The translations under genes and the position numbers were made by a program. Of a DNA stretch of 64,000 nucleotides, positions 47,000 to 57,290 are shown one piece after another; within the stretch, counting starts at the first letter, position 1, and the number at the start of each line of letters is the position of its first letter. The notes beneath the pieces are model-generated. The model made no database searches, was not told where the DNA came from, and was given only the letters and a program-made list of their open reading frames with translations. The stretch lies in assembly GCA_965237905.1 (NCBI GenBank), contig OZ250172.1:1728001-1792000 (forward strand), read 5' to 3'. This stretch comes from Nitrospinaceae bacterium. Lineage in GTDB: Bacteria; Nitrospinota; Nitrospinia; Nitrospinales; Nitrospinaceae.

Positions 47000-48277
47000 A
47001 TGCCTGAAGTATATAACTGGCAGTTGGGTCGTATGGCGACCTATGTGTACGAGGAGAAACACCCGAAGGAGCAGTTTACCTTCGTTTTCAATACGAATCG
47101 TTGTATTGCGTGTCAAACGTGTACGATGGCTCATAAATCCACCTGGACGTTCTCCAAAGGTCAGGAGTACATGTGGTGGAACAATGTTGAAACGAAACCT
47201 TACGGTGGATATCCTCAGTTCTGGGACTGGAAAATTCTGAAAATGCTGGAACAATCCAATCCCGGGCAAAACGTATGGAACGTTCGTAAGACGTCGAACA
47301 AAGCGATTCACGGTGTTTATGAAGGTGTCACCATCTTCGAAGCGCCTGCCAAGATTGGTTTGAACCAACAGGCAATCGGCTATGTTCCGACCGACGAAGA
47401 GTGGCGCTTCCCGAACTTTGGTGAAGATACTGCTCATGGTCGTGAGTTTACTCAGTCTCGCGAAGGTACGTTCGGTGGCGACAACGGCTGTAAGTCTGTG
47501 TTGCCTGAGCATAAAATCTGGTTTTTCTATCTGCAACGGATTTGTAACCATTGTACATATCCTGGCTGTTTGGCAGCATGTCCTCGTAAGGCGATTTATA
47601 AGCGCCAAGAGGATGGTATCGTGCTGATCGATCAGTCTCGGTGCCGTGGTTATAAAAAATGCGTTGAGCAGTGTCCTTACAAAAAGCCGATGTTCCGTGG
47701 TACGACTCGGATTTCCGAGAAATGTATCGCATGTTACCCGCGGATCGAGGGACTGGATCCCTTGACTGAAGGTGACCAGATGGAAACCCGCTGTATGGCG
47801 GCCTGCGTAGGTAAGATTCGTCTGCAGGGTCTGGTAAAAGTCGGTTCCAACGGCCAATGGGCACACGATCCGGATAACCCCCAGTACTATCTGATTCGGG
47901 ACCGGAAAGTAGCTCTGCCGCTGTATCCGCAGTTTGGTACGGAGCCGAACGGTTACTATGTACCGTCACGGCACGTTCCTCGTGCGTACTCGCAACAGAT
48001 GTTTGGCCCTGGCGTGGATCATTCGATCGACCAGTACATGGTTCCCGATCGAGATCTGCTGGGTATCCTGCAGTTGTTCCGAACCACGCAGAGGATCATC
48101 TTCAAATGGAAACGTGAGCCCGGTCCGAAAATTTTCGAGACCAACATTCACGGTAAGAAGTTTGAGATGTACAATGACACGATCATCGGGTTTAACCGGA
48201 AGGGTAAAGAAATCATCCGTGTTACGGTTGAGGAACCCTTCTACGTCAGACCTGAAGAACATCCAGGCGCAATTTAA
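47000..48277 (+). CDS. nxrB: Nitrite oxidoreductase beta subunit
   Basis: MPEVYNWQLGR; CIACQTC, CNHCTYPGCLAACP, CRGYKKCVEQCP, CIAC...CMAAC. Confidence 0.97.
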   Translation: MPEVYNWQLGRMATYVYEEKHPKEQFTFVFNTNRCIACQTCTMAHKSTWTFSKGQEYMWWNNVETKPYGGYPQFWDWKILKMLEQSNPGQNVWNVRKTSNKAIHGVYEGVTIFEAPAKIGLNQQAIGYVPTDEEWRFPNFGEDTAHGREFTQSREGTFGGDNGCKSVLPEHKIWFFYLQRICNHCTYPGCLAACPRKAIYKRQEDGIVLIDQSRCRGYKKCVEQCPYKKPMFRGTTRISEKCIACYPRIEGLDPLTEGDQMETRCMAACVGKIRLQGLVKVGSNGQWAHDPDNPQYYLIRDRKVALPLYPQFGTEPNGYYVPSRHVPRAYSQQMFGPGVDHSIDQYMVPDRDLLGILQLFRTTQRIIFKWKREPGPKIFETNIHGKKFEMYNDTIIGFNRKGKEIIRVTVEEPFYVRPEEHPGAI

Positions 48278-48296
48278 GCTTGAGCGATATTCTCTG

Positions 48297-48325
48297 CTTC
48301 CGGAGCGGGTTTCCCGCTCCGGAGG
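48297..48325 (+). other. Strong hairpin in the nxrB-nxrC spacer
   Basis: CTTCCGGAGCGGG-TTT-CCCGCTCCGGAGG, no U-tract. Confidence 0.6.
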
Positions 48326-48395
48326 TCAGTTCGCTTGGCTGAATGTACTTGGGTTAGATCTGACAACCCGATAACTGCTAAACAGGAGGAAAACT

Positions 48396-49409
48396 GTGAA
48401 AACCAAAAAAAGCATCATTTTCGCCATGGTGGCCGCTTTCGTTCTCGGTGTGACGATGACAGCTGGCGCGGCTACCATTAAGGCGGTTAAGGTCAAGGGG
48501 AACATTCCTACCGATCCTTCAAGCCTGTTCTGGTCCGAGCGTTATGGCCCAACGGCTCTGAAGCACGTTATTATCGATATGGATCCCCAAATGATTACCA
48601 ATCCGATGTGGCCCAATCCGCAAACGAAATATGTGTTTGTGAAAGCCGCAACGAATGGTAAGGAAATTGCTGTTCATTTGGAGTGGAATGACGCCACGCG
48701 TAATGACATTATGGTTACGTCCCAGCAATATAAGGACCAAGTGGCCATTATGTTTCCTGTAAAACAATCCGGCGAAGAGCCTCCCTTTACCATGGGTGGT
48801 GCCGGAGAGCGCGTCAATATCTGGCAGTGGAAAGCGACCTGGGATAAAGAGGGTGCTGGAGATGCCGGTAATGAAGCGATGCAGGATCTGGAAGATCAGT
48901 ACGATTTCATGGCCCTGGGTTCCGGTGGATACTACATGTATGAGCCGGGTGGCAAATTGCAGATGAAATCTGAATTGGGTTCCGGAAGAACTGGTAGTAA
49001 AGACAGCCGCAGTAAAGGTGGGTCTGGTTCTCAAGGTGCCGGCAACATCAGCAAGCGTGGCAGTATGGTAGACTTCGGTATGGGTAAAAACGAAGGTGTT
49101 TACAACCCCGGTATTGCTACCCATAACATCCTGTCCGACAATACCATGAGACGTTCTCCAGTTGAGGACCTGAATGCTGAGGGTTTTAGCACCCTGACCA
49201 CTCAGGCTCATCAGGACGTTGATGGTAAAGGGAACTGGAACAACAATCGCTGGACCGTAGTTTTCAAACGTGCTTTGAAAACCAAAGACTCCAACGACAC
49301 CCAGTTCACCGGAAGTAAAGCTTCGATGGCTATTGCTATCTGGAATGGTCAGAACAAAGAGAGAAATGGTCAAAAAGCTGTAACGCAGTGGCAAACTCTG
49401 CAATACTAA
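48396..49409 (+). CDS. nxrC: Nitrite oxidoreductase gamma subunit candidate (EbdC-like heme b protein)
   Basis: Sec signal; KDQVAIMFP, FTMG, VNIWQWKA, AEGFSTLT, AIWNG...ERNGQK; third gene of the operon. Confidence 0.85.
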   Translation: MKTKKSIIFAMVAAFVLGVTMTAGAATIKAVKVKGNIPTDPSSLFWSERYGPTALKHVIIDMDPQMITNPMWPNPQTKYVFVKAATNGKEIAVHLEWNDATRNDIMVTSQQYKDQVAIMFPVKQSGEEPPFTMGGAGERVNIWQWKATWDKEGAGDAGNEAMQDLEDQYDFMALGSGGYYMYEPGGKLQMKSELGSGRTGSKDSRSKGGSGSQGAGNISKRGSMVDFGMGKNEGVYNPGIATHNILSDNTMRRSPVEDLNAEGFSTLTTQAHQDVDGKGNWNNNRWTVVFKRALKTKDSNDTQFTGSKASMAIAIWNGQNKERNGQKAVTQWQTLQY

Positions 49410-49433
49410 GCTTTTAAACCTTTCTTAAAAGTT

Positions 49434-49470
49434 AAACCCGGAAGATGGTTTCCCATCTTCCGGGTTTTTT
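49434..49470. terminator. Rho-independent terminator of nxrABC, possibly bidirectional
   Basis: AAACCCGGAAGATGG-TTTC-CCATCTTCCGGGTTT followed by TTT. Confidence 0.85.
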
Positions 49471-49495
49471 CTTTGCGTAAGGGTCTAATAAAACT

Positions 49496-49810
49496 CTATT
49501 CCGTTTCCCAGCCCATTTCCATCCAACGGTGCATTCCGCCCTGACTGACACAAACTATGTTGGTCAACCCAGCCATTTCCAAGTCTGCAGCCGCCTTTTG
49601 AGCTCTTCCTCCCATTTTGCAATGAACGTACACCGTTTTATAATTTTTTAACTCATCTGCAATAGAACCGACAGTTTCGTGATCCTGATTTCTGGCTCCC
49701 GGTATATGTCCCTCAGAAAATTCCGCCGGGGTTCGTACGTCCAGAATCAAAACTCCCTCTCCCATATCAGGAATCGAATCGTGCAATTTATCTATACTGA
49801 TCTTCTCCAT
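49496..49810 (-). CDS. Rhodanese-like domain protein
   Basis: ILDVRTPAEFSEGHIPGA, VHCKMGGRA. Confidence 0.9.
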   Translation of the reverse strand: MEKISIDKLHDSIPDMGEGVLILDVRTPAEFSEGHIPGARNQDHETVGSIADELKNYKTVYVHCKMGGRAQKAAADLEMAGLTNIVCVSQGGMHRWMEMGWETE

Positions 49811-50049
49811 GGCACTCCTCTCTTAGGCAGTAAAAATATTTCGAATTATATCATGGTTGTCATAAATCCCAGAACATAAGGAATTGGATAGGAAAAATCC
49901 TCTCTCTTTTCTAAATCCCAGGAAAATTCTGCCGGGGGAAATGAGCTCCTACTCTGGATTCAAAAATTAATGAAAAATAGGGGAACTCTAAATGTTTATT
50001 TTAAAAGGGTTAGGGAGAAATAAATATAATAAAAACAATCAATTAGATT

Positions 50050-50065
50050 TGGTATGGAATATGCA
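50050..50065 (+). promoter_or_regulatory. Sigma54 promoter for flgF
   Basis: TGGTATGGAATATGCA with GG-N10-GC spacing. Confidence 0.65.
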
Positions 50066-50098
50066 AAACTTGATAAAAACCCTAATTGTAAGGTCACA

Positions 50099-50890
50099 AT
50101 GATTGAAGGATTATATATCGCGGCTTCCGGGGGAACCAAGCAACTGAAGAAGTTGGATATTTTAAGTAACAATATCGCCAACATCAGTACCCAGGGATTT
50201 AAAAGGGATATGTTGGTTTATGCGGAGAAGAAACCTCCATTCCAGCAGGGTCCTTTGAGTGGGTCCGATGCGATAAACCTTAATCCGTTTCACGGGTCTG
50301 ATCCGGCGGTCTCCTATGTGCAGGTGACGCAATCTCTTACAGACTTTACGCAAGGTTCTTTAATCAAAACCGACAATCCCTTGAATGTGGCCATTGAGGG
50401 CGAAGGATTTTTTGCTATCAATACTCCCACAGGAATCCGATATACCCGGAATGGTAACTTTCACTTGGATGGATTGGGGCAACTGGTGGACCAGAAGGGC
50501 AACGCAATAATGACCCGGAGTGAAGAACCTATTCTGATCCCATTTGGTACCAAGCAAATCACTATAGATCAGGATGGATCAATATTTGGTGGCACTGAGG
50601 TTGACCAGGAGGTATTGGGCCAGTTAAAAATAGTAAATTTCAATAATCTTCAGTCCCTGACAAAAGAAGGGGAAGGGCTTTATAAAATTTCGGATTCTTC
50701 AGTTAAAGAGATTCTGGTAAATGACGCTAAGGTACTCCAGGGATTTACAGAAAGTAGCAATGCCAATGTCATCCATGAGATGACTCAAATGATTGAAACG
50801 GTAAGACAGCTTGAGGCGTATCAGAAAATCATCCAGTCGATTGATGAAGCAGACGATCAATCGGTCAATAGTCTGGGACGGGTCGCTTAA
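50099..50890 (+). CDS. flgF: Flagellar basal-body rod protein FlgF
   Basis: GLYIAASG...SNNIANIST.GFKR, YTRNGNF, QGFTESSN; precedes flgG. Confidence 0.9.
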   Translation: MIEGLYIAASGGTKQLKKLDILSNNIANISTQGFKRDMLVYAEKKPPFQQGPLSGSDAINLNPFHGSDPAVSYVQVTQSLTDFTQGSLIKTDNPLNVAIEGEGFFAINTPTGIRYTRNGNFHLDGLGQLVDQKGNAIMTRSEEPILIPFGTKQITIDQDGSIFGGTEVDQEVLGQLKIVNFNNLQSLTKEGEGLYKISDSSVKEILVNDAKVLQGFTESSNANVIHEMTQMIETVRQLEAYQKIIQSIDEADDQSVNSLGRVA

Positions 50891-50925
50891 CTGGATCAAT
50901 AAGAGCCACTACTAAAGGATAAAAA

Positions 50926-51714
50926 ATGCTTCGTTCATTGTATATCGCATCCACGGGAATGCGCGCTCAAGATCTGAATGTCAGTGTTATCGCCAACAAT
51001 CTGGCAAACGTAAATACAGCGGGATTCAAAAGAAGCCGTGCGGATTTCGAAGATTTGCTGTACCAAAATCTGCGTTTAATGGGAACGTTGTCCAACTCAG
51101 GAAATCGAATTCCAACGGGAATTCAAGTGGGCTTGGGAGTCAAGCCCGCGGCCATTCAAAAAATATTTCTCCAGGGGGATTTTGCTCAAACTCAGAACCC
51201 ACTGGATATAGCAATTGAAGGCAAGGGATTTTTTCAAATTCAGCAACCCAATGGAAACTTTGCCTATACCCGGGCAGGAACATTTAAATTGGATAATTTG
51301 GGTCGCATTGTCACTTCCGAGGGTCAATTATTACAACCGTCAGTAACCATCCCGATTAACGCTATAAACATATCCATCGAACCCTCGGGAGCGGTTTCTG
51401 TTACCCAACCGGGATCAACGCAACCGGCTATTGTGGGTAATCTACAGTTGGTTACTTTTCAAAACCAGGCGGGTCTGCAAGCGATTGGCAATAACCTGTT
51501 CGAGCAAACCGGGTCTTCCGGGCCCCCCATTATCGGACTCCCAAGCCTGCAAGACCGGGGAACACTGAGGCAGGGATTTTTAGAATTGTCCAACGTCAGT
51601 GTGGTTGAAGAGTTGGTCAATTTGATTACCGCGCAACGGGCATACGAAATCAATTCCCGTACGGTTCAGACAGCAGATGAAATGCTGCAAATAACCAGTA
51701 ACCTGAAGCGATAA
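50926..51714 (+). CDS. flgG: Flagellar distal rod protein FlgG
   Basis: [45 protein letters not shown]. Confidence 0.96.
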   Translation: MLRSLYIASTGMRAQDLNVSVIANNLANVNTAGFKRSRADFEDLLYQNLRLMGTLSNSGNRIPTGIQVGLGVKPAAIQKIFLQGDFAQTQNPLDIAIEGKGFFQIQQPNGNFAYTRAGTFKLDNLGRIVTSEGQLLQPSVTIPINAINISIEPSGAVSVTQPGSTQPAIVGNLQLVTFQNQAGLQAIGNNLFEQTGSSGPPIIGLPSLQDRGTLRQGFLELSNVSVVEELVNLITAQRAYEINSRTVQTADEMLQITSNLKR

Positions 51715-51717
51715 TTT

Positions 51718-52461
51718 ATGAAAACTAATAAAACATTTAAGCCTGGCTATTTGATCATATCCATCATAATGGCTGTTTTTTTGAATTTAGGTTCAATGGG
51801 GAATCCGATATGGGCCGCGAGTCAAATCTTGAAGGTGGCGACCATCGAAAAATTCGGTATGGATTTTATGCTTGATACTCTCCAATGGGACAAAGATCGA
51901 TTGGAGATAAAGGTCATCTATGATGGGAAACAGATCCTGCTGCCACAGGGGGATGTAACGTTTGACTGTAAATTACCCGGTGGAAAAAGGCAGGTGGGTC
52001 GGGTTCATTTTTTGTGCCTGATAAAATTACCGGGAAGCACCAAAAAAAGGTTGCGCCTCTATGCCGATGTCAAAGTCGCCTATGACGTTTACCGTCCCAT
52101 TCGATCATTGAAAATGGGCCATGTAATTCAACCGGGAGATGTTGAACTCACTCGATTGAAATCGGACCATATTCTGAGAAACATAATTTCCGATGAAGCG
52201 GATATTATGGGTCACCGATTAATAAGAAATCTTGAGGAAGGCGAAACAATCCTGGCGCACATGATTCAAAAGGTGCCTTTGGTTAAAAATGGTGACCGCA
52301 TTCTCATCATTGCCCACAAAGGTTCTTTACGCGTAACGGCGCCGGGGGTGGTCCGGCAAAACGGATTCAAGAACGATACGGTAAGGGTTGAAAATATGCA
52401 AAGTAGGAAAATCATTTTAGGCACGGTTTTAGATTCCCGGACCGTGCAGATTAACTTCTAA
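51718..52461 (+). CDS. flgA: Flagellar P-ring chaperone FlgA
   Basis: SAF-like region, LVKNGDRI, VRVENMQSRKII; gene position. Confidence 0.88.
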   Translation: MKTNKTFKPGYLIISIIMAVFLNLGSMGNPIWAASQILKVATIEKFGMDFMLDTLQWDKDRLEIKVIYDGKQILLPQGDVTFDCKLPGGKRQVGRVHFLCLIKLPGSTKKRLRLYADVKVAYDVYRPIRSLKMGHVIQPGDVELTRLKSDHILRNIISDEADIMGHRLIRNLEEGETILAHMIQKVPLVKNGDRILIIAHKGSLRVTAPGVVRQNGFKNDTVRVENMQSRKIILGTVLDSRTVQINF

Positions 52462-52497
52462 TCGGTATAAATCATTCATGAAATTTTTTTTCCAGTT

Positions 52498-53190
52498 TTG
52501 GGCTATGCATTCCTCGCTGTTTCACTTGTGTCATGCATGGGTTGCGCGAATTTAGGAAACCCATCTGAGGAAGTACTGACTCAACCTATATTTGAAGATA
52601 CGGAGAAATATGTCCCTTTGGATGGATCTTTGTGGCCGGGCGAGACTTCGGAGAATCTTTTGTTTGCCGATACCAAGGCTAAACAGATAGGAGATATCGT
52701 GACGGTCCAACTGGAAGAAAATTTTGAATCGACCCATTCCGCCACTACAGGAGTTAGCAAAGACTCCGAAATTGATTTGGGGGTTAGTACCGTTCTGGGG
52801 CTACCTAACGATTATGGAATGACCAATTTCCTGGGACTCAACAATTCCTTTGATCCCAACGTGCAAGCTCAAAGCTCAAGATCGACCAATGGCGCGGGAA
52901 CGACGACCCGTGGAGGGAGTATGACCGGTACCTTGGCGGCGGTGATCAAGGAGGAGTTGCCCAATGGAGTTTTTCGCATAGAAGGTCGGCGCACAGTAAC
53001 CGTGAATAATGAAGATCAAATGATGGTCTTGACCGGTTTAATTCGACGGGTGGACATTGGATTCGCCAATATTATTTCCTCCCAGCAAATTGCCGACGCA
53101 AATATAGTTTATACCGGCAAGGGAGTGATCTCTGACGAGCAGAATGTGGGTTGGCTAATGCGGTTTTTTGCCTGGGTATGGCCATTTTAA
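52498..53190 (+). CDS. flgH: Flagellar L-ring protein FlgH (natural ATG probably 52478, out of frame by a T8 tract)
   Basis: GSLW, LFADTKAKQIGDIVTV, LTGLIRRVDI, IADANIVYTG. Confidence 0.92.
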   Translation: MGYAFLAVSLVSCMGCANLGNPSEEVLTQPIFEDTEKYVPLDGSLWPGETSENLLFADTKAKQIGDIVTVQLEENFESTHSATTGVSKDSEIDLGVSTVLGLPNDYGMTNFLGLNNSFDPNVQAQSSRSTNGAGTTTRGGSMTGTLAAVIKEELPNGVFRIEGRRTVTVNNEDQMMVLTGLIRRVDIGFANIISSQQIADANIVYTGKGVISDEQNVGWLMRFFAWVWPF

Positions 53191-53226
53191 ATATTTTGTT
53201 CTATTTGGTATTTTGGAGATAACGGA

Positions 53227-54345
53227 ATGCGCAAAGGTTTTTTTATCCTATTGATCACTATTTTTATATTCGCTACGATTTGGACGGCATCGTCCGAAGC
53301 GGCGCGAATTAAAGACTTGGTCAATGTTAATGGAGTACGGGCCAACAAACTGATCGGATTTGGTTTGGTCATTGGTTTAGCCAACACGGGTGACCAGGCC
53401 ACTAATGTCTTTTTCTCTATTCAAACCATGGTCAACATGCTCCAGAAATTGGGAGTCACCATTCCTCAGGACCGGATAAATCAGCTGCAATTCAGAAACG
53501 CGGCGACCGTAATGGTGACGACGGAATTGCCAGCGTTTGCGCGCCAGGGGGACCGAATTGATGTTGTGGTCTCTTCATTAGGCGATTCCCGTAGTCTTCA
53601 GGGGGGCACCTTGTTAATGACCCCGGTGAAAGGCGCGGATTCCATTACCTATGCGGTAGCGCAAGGGCCGGTTTCCATTGGAGGATTTTCGGTTCAAGGC
53701 TTGTCGCAGGGTGTACAGAAAAATCATCCCACTGTGGGCAGGATTACCGGCGGAGGCATCGTTGAAAAAGAGCTCTCTGACTTTTTCAACAGCAAGAAGG
53801 AAATCTCTCTTTCCTTAAAAAATACCGATTTTACCACTGGGTCAAGAATTGCCAAGGCCATCAATTTTAAAATGAAAGATGTTTTTGCCGAACCGATCGA
53901 CGGCAGGACCATCCGCGTCAAGGTTCCTAAATTTTATATTAACAACGTCTCCGGGTTTGTCACCAAAATCGAGACTCTGGAAGTGGAACCGGATACCGTT
54001 GCCAAGGTCATCATCGATGAAAGAACTGGAACGGTGGTGATGGGTGAGAAGGTTCGCATTTCAACTGTGGCGGTGGCGCATGGCAATCTGTTTGTACAGA
54101 TAACGGAATCGCCGGAAGTATCGCAACCCGCACCTTTATCAACCGGACAAACGGTGGTTGTTCCACGAACCGAAATAACTGTCGAGGAAGAGGAAGAGCA
54201 TCTTTTAATTGTTCCCAAAGGCGTTGGTATCGGTGAAGTGGTGAATGCCTTGAATGCCATCGGTGTGACGCCCAGGGATTTAATTGCCATTCTACAGGCC
54301 ATCAAAGCGTCCGGTTCCCTGCACGCGGAGCTGGAGATTATATAG
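53227..54345 (+). CDS. flgI: Flagellar P-ring protein FlgI
   Basis: ARIKDL, GFGLVIGL, SLQGGTLL, ERTGTVV, AILQAIKASG. Confidence 0.97.
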   Translation: MRKGFFILLITIFIFATIWTASSEAARIKDLVNVNGVRANKLIGFGLVIGLANTGDQATNVFFSIQTMVNMLQKLGVTIPQDRINQLQFRNAATVMVTTELPAFARQGDRIDVVVSSLGDSRSLQGGTLLMTPVKGADSITYAVAQGPVSIGGFSVQGLSQGVQKNHPTVGRITGGGIVEKELSDFFNSKKEISLSLKNTDFTTGSRIAKAINFKMKDVFAEPIDGRTIRVKVPKFYINNVSGFVTKIETLEVEPDTVAKVIIDERTGTVVMGEKVRISTVAVAHGNLFVQITESPEVSQPAPLSTGQTVVVPRTEITVEEEEEHLLIVPKGVGIGEVVNALNAIGVTPRDLIAILQAIKASGSLHAELEII

Positions 54346-54515
54346 CCCAGGCATTCCCCCCCCTCATCAAATTGCCGGGAGGAAAGTACCTACCCTCTGC
54401 TAGGCAAAAATTTCCTTTTTCCCCTCCCAGAACTCCCATGATGGTTTTCTCGTAGTGAAGACCCCCTAAAGTTCAATAAAACAAAGGGTTTCAGGCCTTG
54501 CATTCCTTCTCTATT

Positions 54516-54531
54516 TGGCACCACCCTTGCA
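54516..54531 (+). promoter_or_regulatory. Sigma54 promoter for flgJNKL
   Basis: TGGCACCACCCTTGCA, near-consensus -24/-12 box. Confidence 0.85.
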
Positions 54532-54585
54532 AAACTAAATATAATTCGCATGGATAGTTTCATAACTCAGGAGTGAATCAATTCA

Positions 54586-55056
54586 ATGGAACCGATTTCC
54601 ACATTTAATTCTGGCGCTTCTCTGGCCCTACAAAGCAAGTCTTTCCAGGTGAAGGAACTGGCCGACAAAGCCAGGCAATTGGTAGGGGCACAGCATCGTC
54701 TTGAGGGCCATAAATCGAATGAGACACATTCATTAAATAGGGGGCAGGAGGCTTCAACCACTCCCAGTAATGAAAATAAAGAGTTGATGGAAGTGGCTAA
54801 GAAATTTGAAGCCATACTGGTTCATCAAATGCTGAAAGCCATGCGGAAAACCGTCAATAAATCGGATTTATTGAATAGTTTCTCCCTGGAACAATATGAA
54901 TCCATGATGGATGAAGAAATTGCCAATGAAATGGTAAAACATAAAGGGATCGGTCTTGCAGATAGTTTGTTTTACCAATTGAGCCGGTTGGAGGAGGCCT
55001 CCAACCAGAAAGCCACAATTTCCAATAAACTCCTGGGGGTCGACCAACATGAGTGA
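54586..55056 (+). CDS. flgJ: FlgJ, rod-binding domain only
   Basis: VAKKFEAILVHQMLKAMRKT...GIGLADSLFYQL; no muramidase domain. Confidence 0.8.
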   Translation: MEPISTFNSGASLALQSKSFQVKELADKARQLVGAQHRLEGHKSNETHSLNRGQEASTTPSNENKELMEVAKKFEAILVHQMLKAMRKTVNKSDLLNSFSLEQYESMMDEEIANEMVKHKGIGLADSLFYQLSRLEEASNQKATISNKLLGVDQHE

Positions 55057-55549
55057 TCTATACCATACATTGGACAAAGTCTTGGTTCAAAAAATTGGAA
55101 TATACAATGAACTGATAGGAGTGATGAAAGAAGAATGGACCAGCATTTCCGAATACTCCCGGGAAAAGCTGGAGAATGCTCTGGAACGAAAATCATCACT
55201 GCTGGCTAAAGTCCACGAGGTGAACCATAAGAGAGAAGAGATTGTTCAAGCCTTTGCCCAAAAGCTGGGGCGCGTGCAATCGGAAGTGACCCTCAAAACT
55301 ATTATCGGATTGAAAGACAACCCATGGGGGAATCGTATGGCCGCGTGTCGGAAAAAAATCCGTGAGCAAATTAATACAATCAATGAAATGAACTCGGAAA
55401 ATAAACAATTGATCAATCGGTCATCTCTGACGATGAAAAAGTCCATGTCATGGTTATACGAGGTGGATATGGCATACACGCCCTATTATTCCAACGGGCA
55501 GTTAAGTGAACCGACTATGGAAAGCCGAGTAGTGAATACGGATGTTTAG
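55049..55549 (+). CDS. flgN: Flagellar export chaperone FlgN
   Basis: Helical 166 aa with NSENKQLI and a C-terminal YY..G motif; upstream of flgK. Confidence 0.8.
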   Translation: MSDLYHTLDKVLVQKIGIYNELIGVMKEEWTSISEYSREKLENALERKSSLLAKVHEVNHKREEIVQAFAQKLGRVQSEVTLKTIIGLKDNPWGNRMAACRKKIREQINTINEMNSENKQLINRSSLTMKKSMSWLYEVDMAYTPYYSNGQLSEPTMESRVVNTDV

Positions 55550-55581
55550 AATTAAAAGCCTTTAATTGGATGGTGTGAGTT

Positions 55582-57258
55582 ATGACAGCAAATATTTTCA
55601 GTGCATTGAATACGGCAAAGTTAGGGCTGCAGACCAACCAGACGGCGATTGAAGTTACGGGTCACAACATCGCGAATGTACAGACCGAGGGTTTTTCCCG
55701 ACAGGAAGTGACGTTGGAAGTCAACCGGCCGCGTCGGGTTGGCTTAGCCTTCTTAGGTACGGGGGTTAGAGCGACCAATGTAACCCGCGATTTTGACCAG
55801 TTTTTATTCAATCAGATTTTAGGCGAAAGCAGTACACTGGGAAACTTTGATATCCGCAACACATTTTTCCAAAGGCTGGAAACGATTATGAACGAAAGTT
55901 CAGGGACAAGCCTGAACAACGCGATGAGTGAATTTTTCACCGCTTTTGATGATCTTGCATCCAATCCGACCAATCTGGCCGCACGCACTGCAGTACTTTC
56001 TGCGGCGGGAACACTGGCGACGGTGTTCAACCAGTTGGGCTCATCACTACTCCAACAGCGCATCAACCTGGATAATGCGGTTACCGCAGAGGTGACTGAA
56101 ATCAATGGCATGCTCGATGAGATTGCCGAGTTTAACCGGTCCATTATAAAACTTGAGAATGGCAATACGCCCGCTAATGATTTGCGGGACCAACGTGACC
56201 TTTTGATCAAGCAGTTATCTGAAAAAATGGATGTCCAGCTCATCGATACCAATGACAATAACACCACCTTGACGCTTTCCGGCGGTACTCCTCTGGTGGT
56301 GGGAACCACGGTATTCAAGCTCAGCGCCACAGCCAATCTGGATAACCGAGGTTTCAAGGATATCTTTGTGGACGATGGTATGGGTGGAACAACCAATGTG
56401 ACCGCAGAGATCCAAGGCGGTGAAATGCGTGGTTTGCTGGATATGAGAGACGTCGAAACACTGGGCCTTATTGATCAGTTGGATCGCCTTGCGGCGGGAT
56501 TGATGGAACAAGTCAACGGCGTTCATTTGCAGGGTTTGGGCCTTGACGGCAGTTCGGGGAATCTATTCTTTGAAACATTAACTCCCACGGTTAACATCGG
56601 AAGTCAAAATTTGGGTACTGCAGTGGTCACAGCCACCAATGCCAGTCCATCGACTGTCACTGTAGACAAGTTTCAGATTCAGTTTACGGGTGCAGGCACT
56701 TTTGATCTATTTAATTTGACTACGAACCAGGTGACGGGTTCTTTTGGATTTGTTGCAGGCATACCCTTGAACATCGCCAATGGTTTGGCAGTAACGATCA
56801 CAGGTGCTCCCGTTGCTGGAGATACTGCTGATATTTCAATTTCAGAAGATGCGGCGCTGAATATGGCTCTTTCCAGCACAGTTTTGAATAATACTGATAA
56901 AATTGCCGCCGGATTGTCCGGCACCGGAGACGGTCAGAACGCACTTAATATTTCGAATCTTCAGAACAGTCTGGTATTCAGCTCGGGGGCCTTTACCCCC
57001 GGAGCGGGAACCTCGACCTTTGATGATTTTTATAATTCCATAGTCAGCGGTTTGGGAGCCGGGTCCCGATCGTCGCAAACGATCCTGAGACAGCAGGAAG
57101 GGGTTATGCTCCAATTGAATACCCAACGCGAGAGTATTTCAGGCGTTTCTTTGGATGAGGAAATGGTTAATCTCATTAAATTTCAGCAGGCATATGCGGC
57201 TTCGGCCCGAATGATAACCGTTATTGAGGAAATGTTTGACGTCTTACAAAGAATTTAA
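55582..57258 (+). CDS. flgK: Hook-associated protein FlgK
   Basis: GHNIANVQTEGFSRQ, NDLRDQRD, SGVSLDEEMVNLIKFQQAYAASA. Confidence 0.96.
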   Translation: MTANIFSALNTAKLGLQTNQTAIEVTGHNIANVQTEGFSRQEVTLEVNRPRRVGLAFLGTGVRATNVTRDFDQFLFNQILGESSTLGNFDIRNTFFQRLETIMNESSGTSLNNAMSEFFTAFDDLASNPTNLAARTAVLSAAGTLATVFNQLGSSLLQQRINLDNAVTAEVTEINGMLDEIAEFNRSIIKLENGNTPANDLRDQRDLLIKQLSEKMDVQLIDTNDNNTTLTLSGGTPLVVGTTVFKLSATANLDNRGFKDIFVDDGMGGTTNVTAEIQGGEMRGLLDMRDVETLGLIDQLDRLAAGLMEQVNGVHLQGLGLDGSSGNLFFETLTPTVNIGSQNLGTAVVTATNASPSTVTVDKFQIQFTGAGTFDLFNLTTNQVTGSFGFVAGIPLNIANGLAVTITGAPVAGDTADISISEDAALNMALSSTVLNNTDKIAAGLSGTGDGQNALNISNLQNSLVFSSGAFTPGAGTSTFDDFYNSIVSGLGAGSRSSQTILRQQEGVMLQLNTQRESISGVSLDEEMVNLIKFQQAYAASARMITVIEEMFDVLQRI

Positions 57259-57290
57259 GTTCATTTTGAAGTTTAAATAAAGAGCAGGAG

